From Chthonomonadales bacterium (GTDB lineage: Bacteria; Armatimonadota; Chthonomonadetes; Chthonomonadales; CAJBBX01), in NCBI GenBank assembly GCA_037443035.1, contig JBBIPC010000006.1, positions 32,001 through 96,000 on the forward strand: a stretch of 64,000 nt of DNA, in the 5' to 3' direction. A program made the translations under genes and the position numbers. This document shows positions 48,771-59,050 of this stretch, in pieces. The number at the start of each line of letters is the position of its first letter. Within the stretch, counting starts at the first letter, position 1. The notes under the pieces are model-generated. The model searched no databases. It was not told the origin of the DNA and saw only the letters and a program-made list of their open reading frames with translations.

Positions 48771-50991
48771 AGCGTCCTATCGTATCACGCCGCCTACTCA
48801 GGACGACGATCGCGAGCCTGCTCCGAGCGGCATTCACTACCTATCGGCCTATGCCATCACAGTGTGCGGCTTCTACACGGCGTTCGTTGGTCTCGGCATC
48901 GAGGAGCCCCTCTTCCTGATCGTGGTCCTGGCCTTATCAACGGTCGGCTTCCTTGTTAGTTACACGACACGCAACCTCCCTTCATCCGGATGGTCCATAG
49001 CCGCACTTGTAGGTAGCGTCATGGGCGCGCTCATGCTGCGGGCCGTTTCTGGATCGTCGGCCGAGGCACTATTCCCCGCGGCGACAGAAGGCGCCGTTCA
49101 TCGTAGCCTTGGAGCGTTCCTCTGTTGGCTGCTCGTCCTGCTGAGCTATGCACAGCTCAGTAGCGGTTGGTTGCTGTTCATGTGTGTGCCGACTGCTGCC
49201 ATCATGGGCATCGCCGGCACTACATCATCTGAACCCATCATCCTCTGGTCCTGGGCGTTCTTCATTCTGGTGAGCACGTTCATGCTCGTCCACGATAGCC
49301 ATGCGCGTCTCTTGGCACGACGTCACCTCCGACGGTCCCCACCTAGTCTGGAGATGCGGCTCGTGGTCCAGATTTACATAGCAGCGGCGTGTAGCATCGG
49401 TGCTATGGTGACGGGTCGCATTCTGTCCCAGCCCATGGACATCCTCGGTTCGGCCATCGGACCGCTCGGCGGTGCGGTCAGTGCAAGACCGACGCCGACC
49501 GCCAGTGAGACCCCGACGGCCGTTGGCGTGACAGAATCGACGGCGCTCCCTGTCGGGGGGCAGAGTGACAGCCGTGACGATACGGTGATCCTCCGAATCC
49601 GTGCGGCGCACGGGGCAAACTGGCGAGGCGCAACTTACGACGAGTACAATGGCCGAGGCTGGAATTCGAGTCTTAGCGGTTGGCCTCTGGAGTTCGCAGA
49701 CAGATCAACGTCCACCAGAATGCTGCTCGACGGTCGTCTCTGGCCTGGCAGGGATGTCGTTATTCCCGAGGGCGAGTTGAACGCCGTACCGGCGCGATCC
49801 CACACTCTCCAGCAGTATGTGCGGGTCGAGTCGACCGCCAGGTTGGACACACTCTACGCAGCGGCAGAAGCCAGATCTTTCCGACTACGCGCCGGAGATC
49901 TGCACTACGCGTGGTACACGGGTGGCCGATGCACGGTGGATGAGAGCGGCTCAGTACGCCTTCCGAACGAAATCAGCAACACAGGCTACGTGGCCGTCTC
50001 CGAAGTGGCCGATTGGACAGAGGACTCGCTGCGGAAGAGCAGGGCTGTGCTCTCCATCGAGGAAGCAGACACGTACACGTCGCTCAACGTGAGAGAGGAA
50101 GTCCGGCAGCGACTGCGAGAGGTCGCCATCTCTGTGACGAAGGATCAGACCTCCGACTATGACCGAATCGTCGCCCTGAAGCGGTATCTGGGAAAACAGT
50201 GCGTCTACAATGCACTTGCGACATCGTCGGCGGACGAGACCGAGGATGCAGTCATTCAGTTTCTCTTCCACACGCGGTCAGGCACGTGCCAGCATTTCGC
50301 TACGTCGCTGGCGGTCCTGTGCAGAACGATAGGCATTCCGTCGCGCGTAGCATCCGGTTTCGCTCCTGGTACGCCTAACGCTGCTGGCACAGAGTTCATC
50401 GTCCGCGCAAGGGACAAGCACCTGTGGACCGAGGTCTGGTTCGCCGGGGTGGGTTGGGTGCCGTTCGAGGCCACCGAGGACGCGCTGGATGTTACCCCTC
50501 AGTCAGCCTTGGACCGAATCCGCGCGAGCCAGGGCTGGATTCGGAACGTATTGCGCCGGAACGTTCTCTCAGCGTTGCTCGGCACTGGCGCCCTGCTGCT
50601 AGTGCTCTATGTTGTCTTGCGCGAAGTTCTCAACCGACGAACCAACCGTGGACGAATGGCGCCTGGTGTCAGCATCCACGGTGCGTACGTACTGATGGCC
50701 TATGCGAGCATGAACAAGAGATTACGTCGTTGGAAGCTGGAGCGCAGACTGCACGAGACTCCGGAGGAACATGCCGCACGCCTGCGAAGGCACTTGGGGT
50801 CAGCTGGCATACAATGCCCCGAGCTGGCCGAGCTCACGACTCTGGTCGAACGAGCGAGGTATGCTGGGGACGCGATGTGCATGGCGGATGCGAAACGTGC
50901 AAGGCGACTCGCCAGCATGATCGCGGAGAAAGCACGGGACGCCGCGGCAATGCCTGTCCGGCGGCTGAAAGTGGAGGTAGCCGGATCTTGA
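48763..50991 (+). CDS. membrane transglutaminase-like protein (TgpA-type)
   Basis: Multi-TM N-terminus, WRGATYDEYNG, GTCQHFA, HLWTEVW...GWVPFEAT, ETPEE C-terminal domain. Confidence 0.9.
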   Translation: MPEASYRITPPTQDDDREPAPSGIHYLSAYAITVCGFYTAFVGLGIEEPLFLIVVLALSTVGFLVSYTTRNLPSSGWSIAALVGSVMGALMLRAVSGSSAEALFPAATEGAVHRSLGAFLCWLLVLLSYAQLSSGWLLFMCVPTAAIMGIAGTTSSEPIILWSWAFFILVSTFMLVHDSHARLLARRHLRRSPPSLEMRLVVQIYIAAACSIGAMVTGRILSQPMDILGSAIGPLGGAVSARPTPTASETPTAVGVTESTALPVGGQSDSRDDTVILRIRAAHGANWRGATYDEYNGRGWNSSLSGWPLEFADRSTSTRMLLDGRLWPGRDVVIPEGELNAVPARSHTLQQYVRVESTARLDTLYAAAEARSFRLRAGDLHYAWYTGGRCTVDESGSVRLPNEISNTGYVAVSEVADWTEDSLRKSRAVLSIEEADTYTSLNVREEVRQRLREVAISVTKDQTSDYDRIVALKRYLGKQCVYNALATSSADETEDAVIQFLFHTRSGTCQHFATSLAVLCRTIGIPSRVASGFAPGTPNAAGTEFIVRARDKHLWTEVWFAGVGWVPFEATEDALDVTPQSALDRIRASQGWIRNVLRRNVLSALLGTGALLLVLYVVLREVLNRRTNRGRMAPGVSIHGAYVLMAYASMNKRLRRWKLERRLHETPEEHAARLRRHLGSAGIQCPELAELTTLVERARYAGDAMCMADAKRARRLASMIAEKARDAAAMPVRRLKVEVAGS

Positions 50992-52139
50992 GCGAGTTCG
51001 TGGTCACTCCAGCTAGCGGCGACGCGTGGCTCGCCGTACGGCAGCGTGCGTACCTCCTATGCGGCGACGATGATCAGAGTATTCTGGACGCGGCCCGATC
51101 TATACAGGAACGCTTCCTCGAGGAAGATGCCGCTGACTTCGACTTGGACGACCTTGACGCTGAGACAACTCCCATCGAAGACATCATTGGCAGCATTCAA
51201 CGAGAGCCTCTGCTTGGTGATGTTCGGATGGTCGTCGTGCGCGCGGCCGGAATCTTGCGACGCCGCGACAAGGCCCGCAGCGCAGATCTGCTGGCGGATG
51301 CTATTCGCCAATTGGGTCCTCGGTCGTGCTTGGTATTGATCAAGAGGCCGACCGGAGAAGTAACTCGGAAGGGCGCGGCGATCCTGACCGCCAAGCTCGA
51401 TTCCGCAGTTCGTGACGTCGGGGCGATTGTGCGTTGTCCGGCGCTCGACCAAGAGGGTATGGTGCGATGGATAGAGCAGTATGTGGCTCAGTGCGGCAAG
51501 AGCATTACGAAGGAGGCAGCGCATCGGCTCGTGGCCCGGGGCAGTCCTGATCGGATCGCTGTCGGGCACGACTTGGACAGACTGATTGCCTATATCGGCA
51601 GCAGAAAGCGCATCGAGGCGAGCGACGTGCATGCCTTGGTCGCGCAGGATCCGGAAGATGTCATGTTCCGACTCGTGGATGCGATCTCGTCTCGGCGGAC
51701 GGGAGAAGCCCTCATGCTTCTTCGGGCAGCCAGCCGGTATGAGACGCGGCCCCATGCACTGGCGGGACGGTTCCTGGCTCTCGTCGAACGGCAGCTCCGT
51801 CTCCTGTATCAGGCGCGTGAGCTGCGATCGCTTGGTGTCGGCATGAGCGAGCTGAGAACCCTCCCCCAAGAGATTGCCGCTGACCTCCCCAACGATGCGA
51901 GCATCGTGTCCATGTCGTGGAGAGCATCGTCGTACGCACGAGATGCGGCGCAGTGGACTCGTGCCGAGCTGGTTCAGGCTTTCGGGCTGCTAGTGCAGTG
52001 CGATGCCGCCAACAAGGGGGATGAGGCAGGACACGAAAACCCGCTTGCGAACCTCGAGCAGCTCGTCATCCTCTTGTGCGATCGCTCGCTCGCGATGGGG
52101 CGAACAACAACAGACCTGCCCCTCCGCGGGCAGGTCTGA
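50988..52139 (+). CDS. holA: DNA polymerase III delta subunit
   Basis: YLLCGDD, PLLGDVRMVVV, DLDRLIAY, FRLVDAI. TTG start overlaps the upstream TGA after GGAGG; adjacent to rpsT. Confidence 0.85.
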   Translation: MSEFVVTPASGDAWLAVRQRAYLLCGDDDQSILDAARSIQERFLEEDAADFDLDDLDAETTPIEDIIGSIQREPLLGDVRMVVVRAAGILRRRDKARSADLLADAIRQLGPRSCLVLIKRPTGEVTRKGAAILTAKLDSAVRDVGAIVRCPALDQEGMVRWIEQYVAQCGKSITKEAAHRLVARGSPDRIAVGHDLDRLIAYIGSRKRIEASDVHALVAQDPEDVMFRLVDAISSRRTGEALMLLRAASRYETRPHALAGRFLALVERQLRLLYQARELRSLGVGMSELRTLPQEIAADLPNDASIVSMSWRASSYARDAAQWTRAELVQAFGLLVQCDAANKGDEAGHENPLANLEQLVILLCDRSLAMGRTTTDLPLRGQV

Positions 52140-52203
52140 TCAAGCATCGGATTCCGACCGCTATGCGGTCAGAGGAGACGAGTTTGCGGACGCCAAAGCG
52201 ATT

Positions 52204-52479
52204 CTAGGGAGCGTCCTGGAGGGCCCTGTGGGCACGACGCATGAGCCGTGATTTCCGCCGGGCGGCAGCGTTGCGATGGATGATCCCACGCTCAAGCGCC
52301 TTGTCAATGACGCTAACCGCCTGCCGGACGGCAGCCTGCACCTGTTCCGCTTCGTGGGTCTCCATGACCGCCTTCGCCTTCTTGATGTAGGTCTTGATGG
52401 CGGACTTGGTGGCGATATTCCGCAGCCGATTCTGGCGAGATTTCTTGACGTCCTTCTTTACAGACTTGATGTTGGGCAC
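52204..52479 (-). CDS. rpsT: 30S ribosomal protein S20
   Basis: PNIKS, KSAIKTYIKK, IDKA..GIIHRNAAARRKSRL; AGGAGG RBS. Confidence 0.97.
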   Translation of the reverse strand: MPNIKSVKKDVKKSRQNRLRNIATKSAIKTYIKKAKAVMETHEAEQVQAAVRQAVSVIDKALERGIIHRNAAARRKSRLMRRAHRALQDAP

Positions 52480-52507
52480 TGACAATACACCTCCTGCAAA
52501 CCGACGC

Positions 52508-52537
52508 AGTATACCCTTACATGCGAAGGGGGCGCAA
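52508..52537 (-). promoter_or_regulatory. candidate sigma70 promoter of rpsT
   Basis: Minus strand TTGCGC-N18-TATACT. Confidence 0.55.
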
Positions 52538-52542
52538 CCGCA

Positions 52543-53028
52543 CTACAGCTCCAGTTTGTCGAATCTCCCCGCCGTCGGATTCAGCGCCTCCCGCAGGGCA
52601 TTGTACGCTTCGTCCACGCGTGCCCGTATCTCTGTGACGATCTGCTGTTCCTCGGAACCCTCGGCACCGCCCAAGGACGAGCAGCGCTCGACCAGTTGCT
52701 GGTAGGCGAACTCCACCTCGGCAAGGCTCGCGCCGGGCTTCAGACCCAGAATGCGGTAAGACCGCGTAAGCGTCACATCAGTGGCGGTCTCCGCTTCCAG
52801 TTGAGACGTGTTCTGCACCGGTGTCGGCGGCGGGGTGGCCGAAGTCGCCGACGCAGGTGGCGCCGAAGCTGTACCCAGATGCTCCGCCAGCTCCTGTTCG
52901 GCAGCCGCCCGTGACTGGTACTCCAGCAAGCGGTCTTCCAGCATCTCGGCGTCAATGCGATCGAGGCGCTCCTTGATAGCACGCAGTTGAGAGAGTGCTA
53001 TGTTCCGGAGGCGACTGGACCAGCTCAC
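52543..53028 (-). CDS. J-domain-like protein lacking HPD
   Basis: YRILGLKPGASLAEVEFAYQQLV...RVDEAYNAL; HPD position reads CSS. GTGA overlap with the upstream gene. Confidence 0.78.
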   Translation of the reverse strand: MSWSSRLRNIALSQLRAIKERLDRIDAEMLEDRLLEYQSRAAAEQELAEHLGTASAPPASATSATPPPTPVQNTSQLEAETATDVTLTRSYRILGLKPGASLAEVEFAYQQLVERCSSLGGAEGSEEQQIVTEIRARVDEAYNALREALNPTAGRFDKLEL

Positions 53029-53876
53029 AGTGAACCTCCCGCCCCCGTCGTAACGGAGGCAGTCGACTCGGGAGCCAATGCTTCGGTAACGCTGGAGTCG
53101 AGCAGCTCGATCTCCGATCCCAGGCTGTCGAGCTCGCTTACCAATCCCTCACTGAACGAAGCCACGTTACCGATATCCACGGTCTTGAGGCGGATCACCT
53201 TCGCCTTCCAACTGGCGAAGGTCGCTTCGACGTTCTCGAGCTGGCTGTCGATGCGCCCCGATGCCTGCGCGATGGCACGATAGGTACCCAGCTCCGCTTC
53301 GCGGGCCTTCAAAGCCTGTTCGTACTGCTTTCTGGACACGGGGTCCGTCGTCGCAGCGATCCGTTGTCGCAGGTTCTCTGCATAGGCTTCCAAGGCCCGA
53401 TCGTCCACATGGTGCAAGTATCGCATGAGCTGCTGCTTGCGGGTCGCCAAACGAATGGCTTGCTGGACCAGCGTCGGAAGGCGCGACGCAATCCGCTCTA
53501 GTTCACCCCGAGCATACGGTTGGACGTCGTCAGCTCTCGCCTCCTGAGCTATTTCCTTCTGCAGTTGAATGATATATCGCAGGCGCTGACGCGTCTCGAA
53601 ATCCATGGCGGATAGACGTTCCTCGATCTCAGTGTCGGACAGTGCTTGCGCCGATTCCTCCTGATCCCGCAAGATGCGGCGGAGGTACCCTTCATCGTGA
53701 AGCCTTCGGTTCAGGAGGAATGCCTCGAGACCAACGGCACAGGCGATGGGTATCCAGCTCCACTGGAAGGCTGCCGACGCTACTACCGCTGCGACCCAGA
53801 TGGCCGCAGAAAGAGGGGAGAAGAGGACCCTCCGCGCAACATAGGCAAGCCGTCTTCCGGTCGAGACACTCGTCAT
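53025..53876 (-). CDS. membrane-anchored coiled-coil protein
   Basis: Two N-terminal hydrophobic segments followed by long heptad-rich helices; 16 nt downstream of pspA. Confidence 0.8.
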   Translation of the reverse strand: MTSVSTGRRLAYVARRVLFSPLSAAIWVAAVVASAAFQWSWIPIACAVGLEAFLLNRRLHDEGYLRRILRDQEESAQALSDTEIEERLSAMDFETRQRLRYIIQLQKEIAQEARADDVQPYARGELERIASRLPTLVQQAIRLATRKQQLMRYLHHVDDRALEAYAENLRQRIAATTDPVSRKQYEQALKAREAELGTYRAIAQASGRIDSQLENVEATFASWKAKVIRLKTVDIGNVASFSEGLVSELDSLGSEIELLDSSVTEALAPESTASVTTGAGGSL

Positions 53877-53892
53877 GCTCTTGATGTGAGCA

Positions 53893-54657
53893 CTATTGGC
53901 TCTGTAGCTTCTGTTCGAGCTCCCGGAGTTGCCGATCTACATCGTCCTCATCTGCCTGACCAGCCGCCTGTACTGGCTGTTGGGCTGACTGCGGGGCCAT
54001 TCCCAGCTTGGCCTCGAGTTCCGCCAGCATGCGGTCCGATTCGGCGTCGGCCTGCTGGTCCTCGAGCGCAGCAATCCGGTTCGCCATACTGGTGCTTGCG
54101 ACCTCGGCTCTGGCGGCTGCTTCCGATTGCATAGCGCGGATCTTCTCTTCTGCGCGGTCCCAGCTCTGCGACACATCGTCCATCTGCATGCCGTCCAACG
54201 CCTTGTTGATGGCGATCTGAATCTCGGCCTGTTTCATGTTGGCCTTGAGAGCTAGAGCCTCGGCCATCTTCTGGCGGACACGTTCCTCGTCTCGCTGAAT
54301 GGCGATCTTCACCGCTTGAGCGGTTTCTTCCGCCTGCTTGAGGGACACGCGCATCTGCTCGAGCGTGCGATCGTGAAGGGCCTTTTCTCGAAGGAGCGTG
54401 CGCGCAAGCTCACGGTTGCCCTGTTGTAGCGCCAGTGCGGCCTTGGCTTCCAGATTGCGAGAAGCCCGTTCCTCCTGCGCAACAAGACCCTGGAGATTGT
54501 TCTTCTGGGTGATGGCCTGAACCGCACGCTCGCGGTTCTTCACCTGCGTCTCTTTCATCTCCCGAATAGCTTCATCAATGATGACCTGGGGGTCCTCGAG
54601 TTCGTCGAGTTTCCCCATGATGAGCGCCCGGAGGTAACGGAAGAAGCGTCGTAACAT
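53893..54657 (-). CDS. pspA: PspA/IM30 (Vipp1-like) protein
   Basis: LDELEDPQVII, KAALALQQGNRELAR, WDRAEEKI..EAAA.AE; GAGG RBS before ATG 54657. Confidence 0.92.
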   Translation of the reverse strand: MLRRFFRYLRALIMGKLDELEDPQVIIDEAIREMKETQVKNRERAVQAITQKNNLQGLVAQEERASRNLEAKAALALQQGNRELARTLLREKALHDRTLEQMRVSLKQAEETAQAVKIAIQRDEERVRQKMAEALALKANMKQAEIQIAINKALDGMQMDDVSQSWDRAEEKIRAMQSEAAARAEVASTSMANRIAALEDQQADAESDRMLAELEAKLGMAPQSAQQPVQAAGQADEDDVDRQLRELEQKLQSQ

Positions 54658-54727
54658 GATCGTCCTCTGATTGTTTCCGGCCGGCGCAGAGCCTGCCGCA
54701 CGCGAATGTGCCGGAACAGTATCGACT

Positions 54728-54756
54728 ATTATCGCACGAACCTGGCTGGATGTCAA
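54728..54756 (-). promoter_or_regulatory. sigma70 promoter of the pspA operon
   Basis: Minus strand TTGACA-N17-GATAAT with extended -10 TG. Confidence 0.7.
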
Positions 54757-54762
54757 CAACGC

Positions 54763-55644
54763 TTACGGCCGTGGTAGCAGGCCGACTTCGCGGAGTCTGG
54801 CGAAGAGCACGCGTTGCTGCTGTGCGCTCGGCATGACGAGAGGAGGCCGTACAGAGATCCTGGCTATACCGCGCGCCTCGAGGACAGCCTTGGCCGCGCC
54901 CACGATGGGGCAGGAGTTCATGATGCCAATGGCGGCGTCGAGGCGCGCCTGGGACGCCGCTGGGTCTACGCCCTCCCGCACCGCCTTGGCCACTGCGACG
55001 ATGAGCTCGGGAAAGGCGTTGGCGGTTCCGGATATCACACCCGCTGCTCCAGCGCGGAGCATGTCGGCCAGGTAGAGGTCGTTGCCTACGAAGACCTTGA
55101 GGCTCGGATAGCGGTCTAACAGGGTCATTCCGGGGCCACGTTCGGGTGAGCTCTCCTTCACTCCGGCGAGATGCGGCATGCCTATAAGAAGTTTCAGGAT
55201 ACGAGGAGTAATGGGCACCGCCGAGAACTGAGGGATGCTGTAGAGGACCACCGGTACGGTGGACGATCGCACGACTGCACGGTAATACGCAGCTACTCCT
55301 TGCGGCGCAACGTTCTTGAAGTAGAAGGGTGGCAGTACGAGGACCGCTGCGACTGCGCATTTGCACGCATGACGTGTGAGTGCCAGTGCGTCGGGAAGGG
55401 CGCTCGCCCCCGTGGCGGCAATAACCTCCAGGCCATGAGCATGTTCCAGCACAGCCTCGAGAAGACGCTTCCGTTCTGCGACGGACAGAGATATCCCTTC
55501 GCCATTCGTCCCACCTACGACGAGACCATCCACGCCGGCCGCTCGCTGAAAATCCACGAGCGCCGGCACATCCCGAAGGCGTAACGATCCATCCCTGCCG
55601 AACGGCGTTACCAATGCTGTGTAAACGCCTCTCAGTGCTGCCAC
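54763..55644 (-). CDS. DapA/NanA family aldolase
   Basis: TALVTPF, GGTNGEG, LPPFYF, LYSIP, GVKES. GTG start overlaps the upstream TAG after AGGAG. Confidence 0.88.
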   Translation of the reverse strand: MAALRGVYTALVTPFGRDGSLRLRDVPALVDFQRAAGVDGLVVGGTNGEGISLSVAERKRLLEAVLEHAHGLEVIAATGASALPDALALTRHACKCAVAAVLVLPPFYFKNVAPQGVAAYYRAVVRSSTVPVVLYSIPQFSAVPITPRILKLLIGMPHLAGVKESSPERGPGMTLLDRYPSLKVFVGNDLYLADMLRAGAAGVISGTANAFPELIVAVAKAVREGVDPAASQARLDAAIGIMNSCPIVGAAKAVLEARGIARISVRPPLVMPSAQQQRVLFARLREVGLLPRP

Positions 55645-58079
55645 TACCTTGCTCCTGTCTCCGTCGCAGTGCGCTTCATGAGCCATACTTCGCTGACCTG
55701 GGCGCCACGTCCTGTAAGTCGGTTCCAGCGCAGCACGAGAGTGCCGTCGGCTGTCGCCTGACGCGGGATGGGCCATTCTTTGATCGTCGGCGGAACTGTG
55801 GTCGGTTCCGGCCCGTGGACACGATACTTGTCGTCAGCCCACAGTTCGAGCGTGGGCCTGTACCTGCCCGAATAGGTAGCTCGGATCACGTACTGGGCTG
55901 TCGGATCCAACCCGGTGTACTTCAGCAGGATCGGCGCCCCGTAGAGCGACTCCGCGTAGTGGACCCACGACTGACGGTAAGCAGGTTGGGGTATGGCGAA
56001 ATCCGTTCTCGTGCTTTCCACATAGCCGGGATCCTGACGCCACGTCTTGAGGCGCAGGAGGTGCGGCTGCTTCGTCGGGTTGCCTAGGTCATCGTAGAAT
56101 CCGCCTGCACCGGGGTCCTCCCAGTGAACCACTGTACGAATAGCGTCGGCGACCGCACTCGGGCGACCAGTGTCCAGTGCGCGTTGTAAGGTGGCCCGTA
56201 TCCAATCCTGGTTGCAGAGTGGTACATCCAGGAAGTCCAGTACTGCCCCACGTTCACTTCCGGACGCACCCCAGCGTGGCACGGAGAGTTGGAGTCCGAT
56301 GCTCTCGAAAAGCTGCTGCCCCAACTCCAGCAGGCGGTTTCGGATCTCCGGTGCCGGTGTGCTCCGCTGCGCGGCATCGAGCCGCTCGAGGGCTTTTCGC
56401 GCCAAAGCGATTGGATCCGAGGATCCCGCCTCCAAGTCGCGAAGGAGGGCGGCCTCGTCGGCGGTCTCCGCCTCCAGCTTGACCTGGACATAACGGTCAT
56501 AGTAAGCACGCAGCAGCGCCATCTGGAAGCGCCAGTTGCTTCGGCTCAGTCTTGGGTGAGCACTCTCCAGCTTCCGCCAGAGGTCGAATGCTTGCCGAAT
56601 CGTCTTGCTTTGTAACACCGGTGCCAGCCAGTTCGCCTCGAGCAAGTAGATGCCGCGGTATGCCTCCTCCGCAGCCCTTTCGCCGAAGAAGTAGCGGACG
56701 TACTCCCGGACGACTTCGCGATCCGAGCGTCGGGGATCCCAGAGCATGGCGGACCAGATGACTTTGTTCAGATCGTCGGTCACTCCGTCGGAGTAGGTGA
56801 TGGCACCCACGGTCAGAGGCTGGTAGAGGCGCGCGATATGCGCATGATCGGATGGGCGATAGATGACAGGCTCCCTGCCCAGCGTCGCTGCGAAGGCCTG
56901 ATCCCAATCGCGGACTGGGTATTGACAACGCACGCAGTGGCAGATATCCGGATACTGGCGCACGGGATACTGCCGAGGCGCCCGGGCTCTCATGGAGGCG
57001 ATGGTCTCCTCAGCCCAGGGACCATGGACGATACCAGCGAGCCATCGTGGGCGTTGTGTCCTGAGATACTGGTAGAAGTAGCGGTTGTTATCCTCGAGAA
57101 ATCCCTGGTTCGAGAGCCAGAGTCCGGCCCTGGGGTGGTAGCGATGGAGAATGGCCGCGATTTCCTCGGCCAGTGGGAGCATGGTTCGGACCCAGGGCTT
57201 GCACAGGTCGCAGTTGCAGCCTCCTGGGTCGCCGCCTGGTATGAGGACGCCATTCAGATGCCGAATGCGGCGGAACAGCTCGCGACGCTGATCCAGAATG
57301 TAACGTCTCCCGTCCCGACGAGAGGGGCAGGGGACCGCGCCGGGCGTAAGCCCGTCGCCGCTAAGGTTGGCCGGCACTTTGTCGGCGAGGGGATACCACA
57401 ACCATACGTCGAGACCGTACGAAGCCATGAGATCGGCCAGTGCGCACGTGAATCGGAGGTTGGCTTCGTGCTCATAGGCGCTGTCGAACGGTATGAGCTC
57501 GATGGCGTTCGTGCCCCAGATGATCAGGTCGCGAATGTACTGCTCGTACTCCTTCAGGCCCCAGCGATCGTAGCTATTGGCGGTCGGTCGCCAGCCGAGC
57601 TGATGGCCGCGCATGGGCTTGGCGGGCGCTGTAACGATGTCCATGGGGGGCACCATTACGGGGCCGGTTCCCCAACGCAGCTCCCGGAGGACGCGTCCAG
57701 CCGCGAACATGCAGCCTCGCTGATCTCTGCCGATGGCAGTGATTGCCGTTCGCCCCTGTTGCTGCTCGATGCGCAGCCTGTATCCGTCTGCTACAAGGGA
57801 GTTGCCAACGAACTGCGGCGCTACCTTGGGGGGCATGCGAGTCAGCGATCCTAGGAGCACATACGACCCTGATGCGGGTACGGTCTGCTGGATGGTCCAC
57901 GTACCGCCCCGTTTGCCTGCTTCTTCCACGAGCATACGTGCGGCCAGACGCTCCACGGCTGTGGCATGACGCGACACGACGACCGTCATGCGCTGAGCCG
58001 CAAGCATCTTGGGCGATGGGAAGGCGGACAGCGGTGTAAGAGCCATGGTAAGGAGAAGGAACCATTGCCACGTTTTCAT
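55644..58079 (-). CDS. secreted glycoside-hydrolase-like protein (GH67/GH20-type N-terminal domain)
   Basis: Signal peptide; DGYRLRI...IGRDQRGCMFAAGRVLR..., P..PMRG barrel start; beta-rich C-terminal domain. Confidence 0.7.
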   Translation of the reverse strand: MKTWQWFLLLTMALTPLSAFPSPKMLAAQRMTVVVSRHATAVERLAARMLVEEAGKRGGTWTIQQTVPASGSYVLLGSLTRMPPKVAPQFVGNSLVADGYRLRIEQQQGRTAITAIGRDQRGCMFAAGRVLRELRWGTGPVMVPPMDIVTAPAKPMRGHQLGWRPTANSYDRWGLKEYEQYIRDLIIWGTNAIELIPFDSAYEHEANLRFTCALADLMASYGLDVWLWYPLADKVPANLSGDGLTPGAVPCPSRRDGRRYILDQRRELFRRIRHLNGVLIPGGDPGGCNCDLCKPWVRTMLPLAEEIAAILHRYHPRAGLWLSNQGFLEDNNRYFYQYLRTQRPRWLAGIVHGPWAEETIASMRARAPRQYPVRQYPDICHCVRCQYPVRDWDQAFAATLGREPVIYRPSDHAHIARLYQPLTVGAITYSDGVTDDLNKVIWSAMLWDPRRSDREVVREYVRYFFGERAAEEAYRGIYLLEANWLAPVLQSKTIRQAFDLWRKLESAHPRLSRSNWRFQMALLRAYYDRYVQVKLEAETADEAALLRDLEAGSSDPIALARKALERLDAAQRSTPAPEIRNRLLELGQQLFESIGLQLSVPRWGASGSERGAVLDFLDVPLCNQDWIRATLQRALDTGRPSAVADAIRTVVHWEDPGAGGFYDDLGNPTKQPHLLRLKTWRQDPGYVESTRTDFAIPQPAYRQSWVHYAESLYGAPILLKYTGLDPTAQYVIRATYSGRYRPTLELWADDKYRVHGPEPTTVPPTIKEWPIPRQATADGTLVLRWNRLTGRGAQVSEVWLMKRTATETGAR

Positions 58080-58192
58080 AGCCATTCTCCAGCTGTCGGC
58101 AGCCGATCGAGGGCCGACAGACACAATGCACCCTCCCCTCCGACATGGCCCTGGAGGAGAGGGTGCAGTTCACATGGGCAGGACTGCAGCGG

Positions 58193-58972
58193 TTAGATCT
58201 TTAGCTCGTTGCCCGGCATCCACTTGGCATGGCCGTCGCGATAAGATGTGTTGCGACCGTAGCTGTTCTGGTACTGCATGGAGCCAGTATGCACGGGGTG
58301 TTCCTCCAACCAGGCGAGGAGGTTCACCGGCGACATGTGGTAGAGGACACCGTCAATGGTGCGGTCGTACTCGACATCCCAGAACGACGGCGGAGGTGCA
58401 TCGTCACGGTTGCAGCTTGGGTCGCCGCCGTTGCGCTTGTAGAAGCGGTAGCTACCGTAGAAGTGGTCGTACTTCATCTGATCGCGCCATCGAATGCCGT
58501 CCGGAGGGGGTGCATCCTGAATGCCAGGGTCAATGGTCACGGCGCTCCCGTAGCCGGTGTCCGGCGGAGTCGGGTAGATCCAGGTGTGCACCTTCTTGAA
58601 CCGGTCGGAAGGGCAGTAGTACATCTCCTTGTTCTTGGTGTACGGGTTGAAGACGATGGCCAGCGCCTCGTTGTAGTTGTGGAGGCCCATGGCGCTAGGA
58701 GGAACGACGATCGTCTGCGCGTTGTCGGCGTAGACGGTGGTGTTGGGTCGGCCCCTGAACCAGAAGTTCATCTGGTCATAGTCCTGGGCGTACATCATGG
58801 CGGCCAGTGCCAGCTGCTTCAGATTGCTGATGCAGGAGATCTGGCGTGCCTTCTCGCGTGCTCGCGCGAACACAGGGAACAGGATCGCGGCGAGAATCGC
58901 GATGATGGCGATGACGACAAGCAGCTCGATGAGCGTGAACGCACGCTTGTCTCTGCTCACTCCACGACGCAT
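58193..58972 (-). CDS. prepilin-type N-terminal / DUF1559 protein
   Basis: [43 protein letters not shown]...YAQDYD; CPSD; C-terminal H...N..Y.DGHAK. Confidence 0.93.
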   Translation of the reverse strand: MRRGVSRDKRAFTLIELLVVIAIIAILAAILFPVFARAREKARQISCISNLKQLALAAMMYAQDYDQMNFWFRGRPNTTVYADNAQTIVVPPSAMGLHNYNEALAIVFNPYTKNKEMYYCPSDRFKKVHTWIYPTPPDTGYGSAVTIDPGIQDAPPPDGIRWRDQMKYDHFYGSYRFYKRNGGDPSCNRDDAPPPSFWDVEYDRTIDGVLYHMSPVNLLAWLEEHPVHTGSMQYQNSYGRNTSYRDGHAKWMPGNELKI

Positions 58973-59050
58973 AGTCTCCTCCCTCCTTCTCACTTAGGGC
59001 GGACCGCTGCGGTCCGACTGTATGGCTAACGCATGAGCGTTCTTCCTAGG

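Noticed and set aside
46560..50991. MoxR-DUF58-transglutaminase cluster as a novel system; Glu in place of Asp in the triad
   Set aside because: A widespread known gene trio, and the FExT variant is common in this family.
58229..59029. 266-aa antisense ORF mirroring DUF1559 (similar long shadow ORFs at 5344-6330, 27006-28160, 46662-47930, 56838-57854)
   Set aside because: Antisense shadows of real genes, expected from GC-rich codon bias; no protein motifs.
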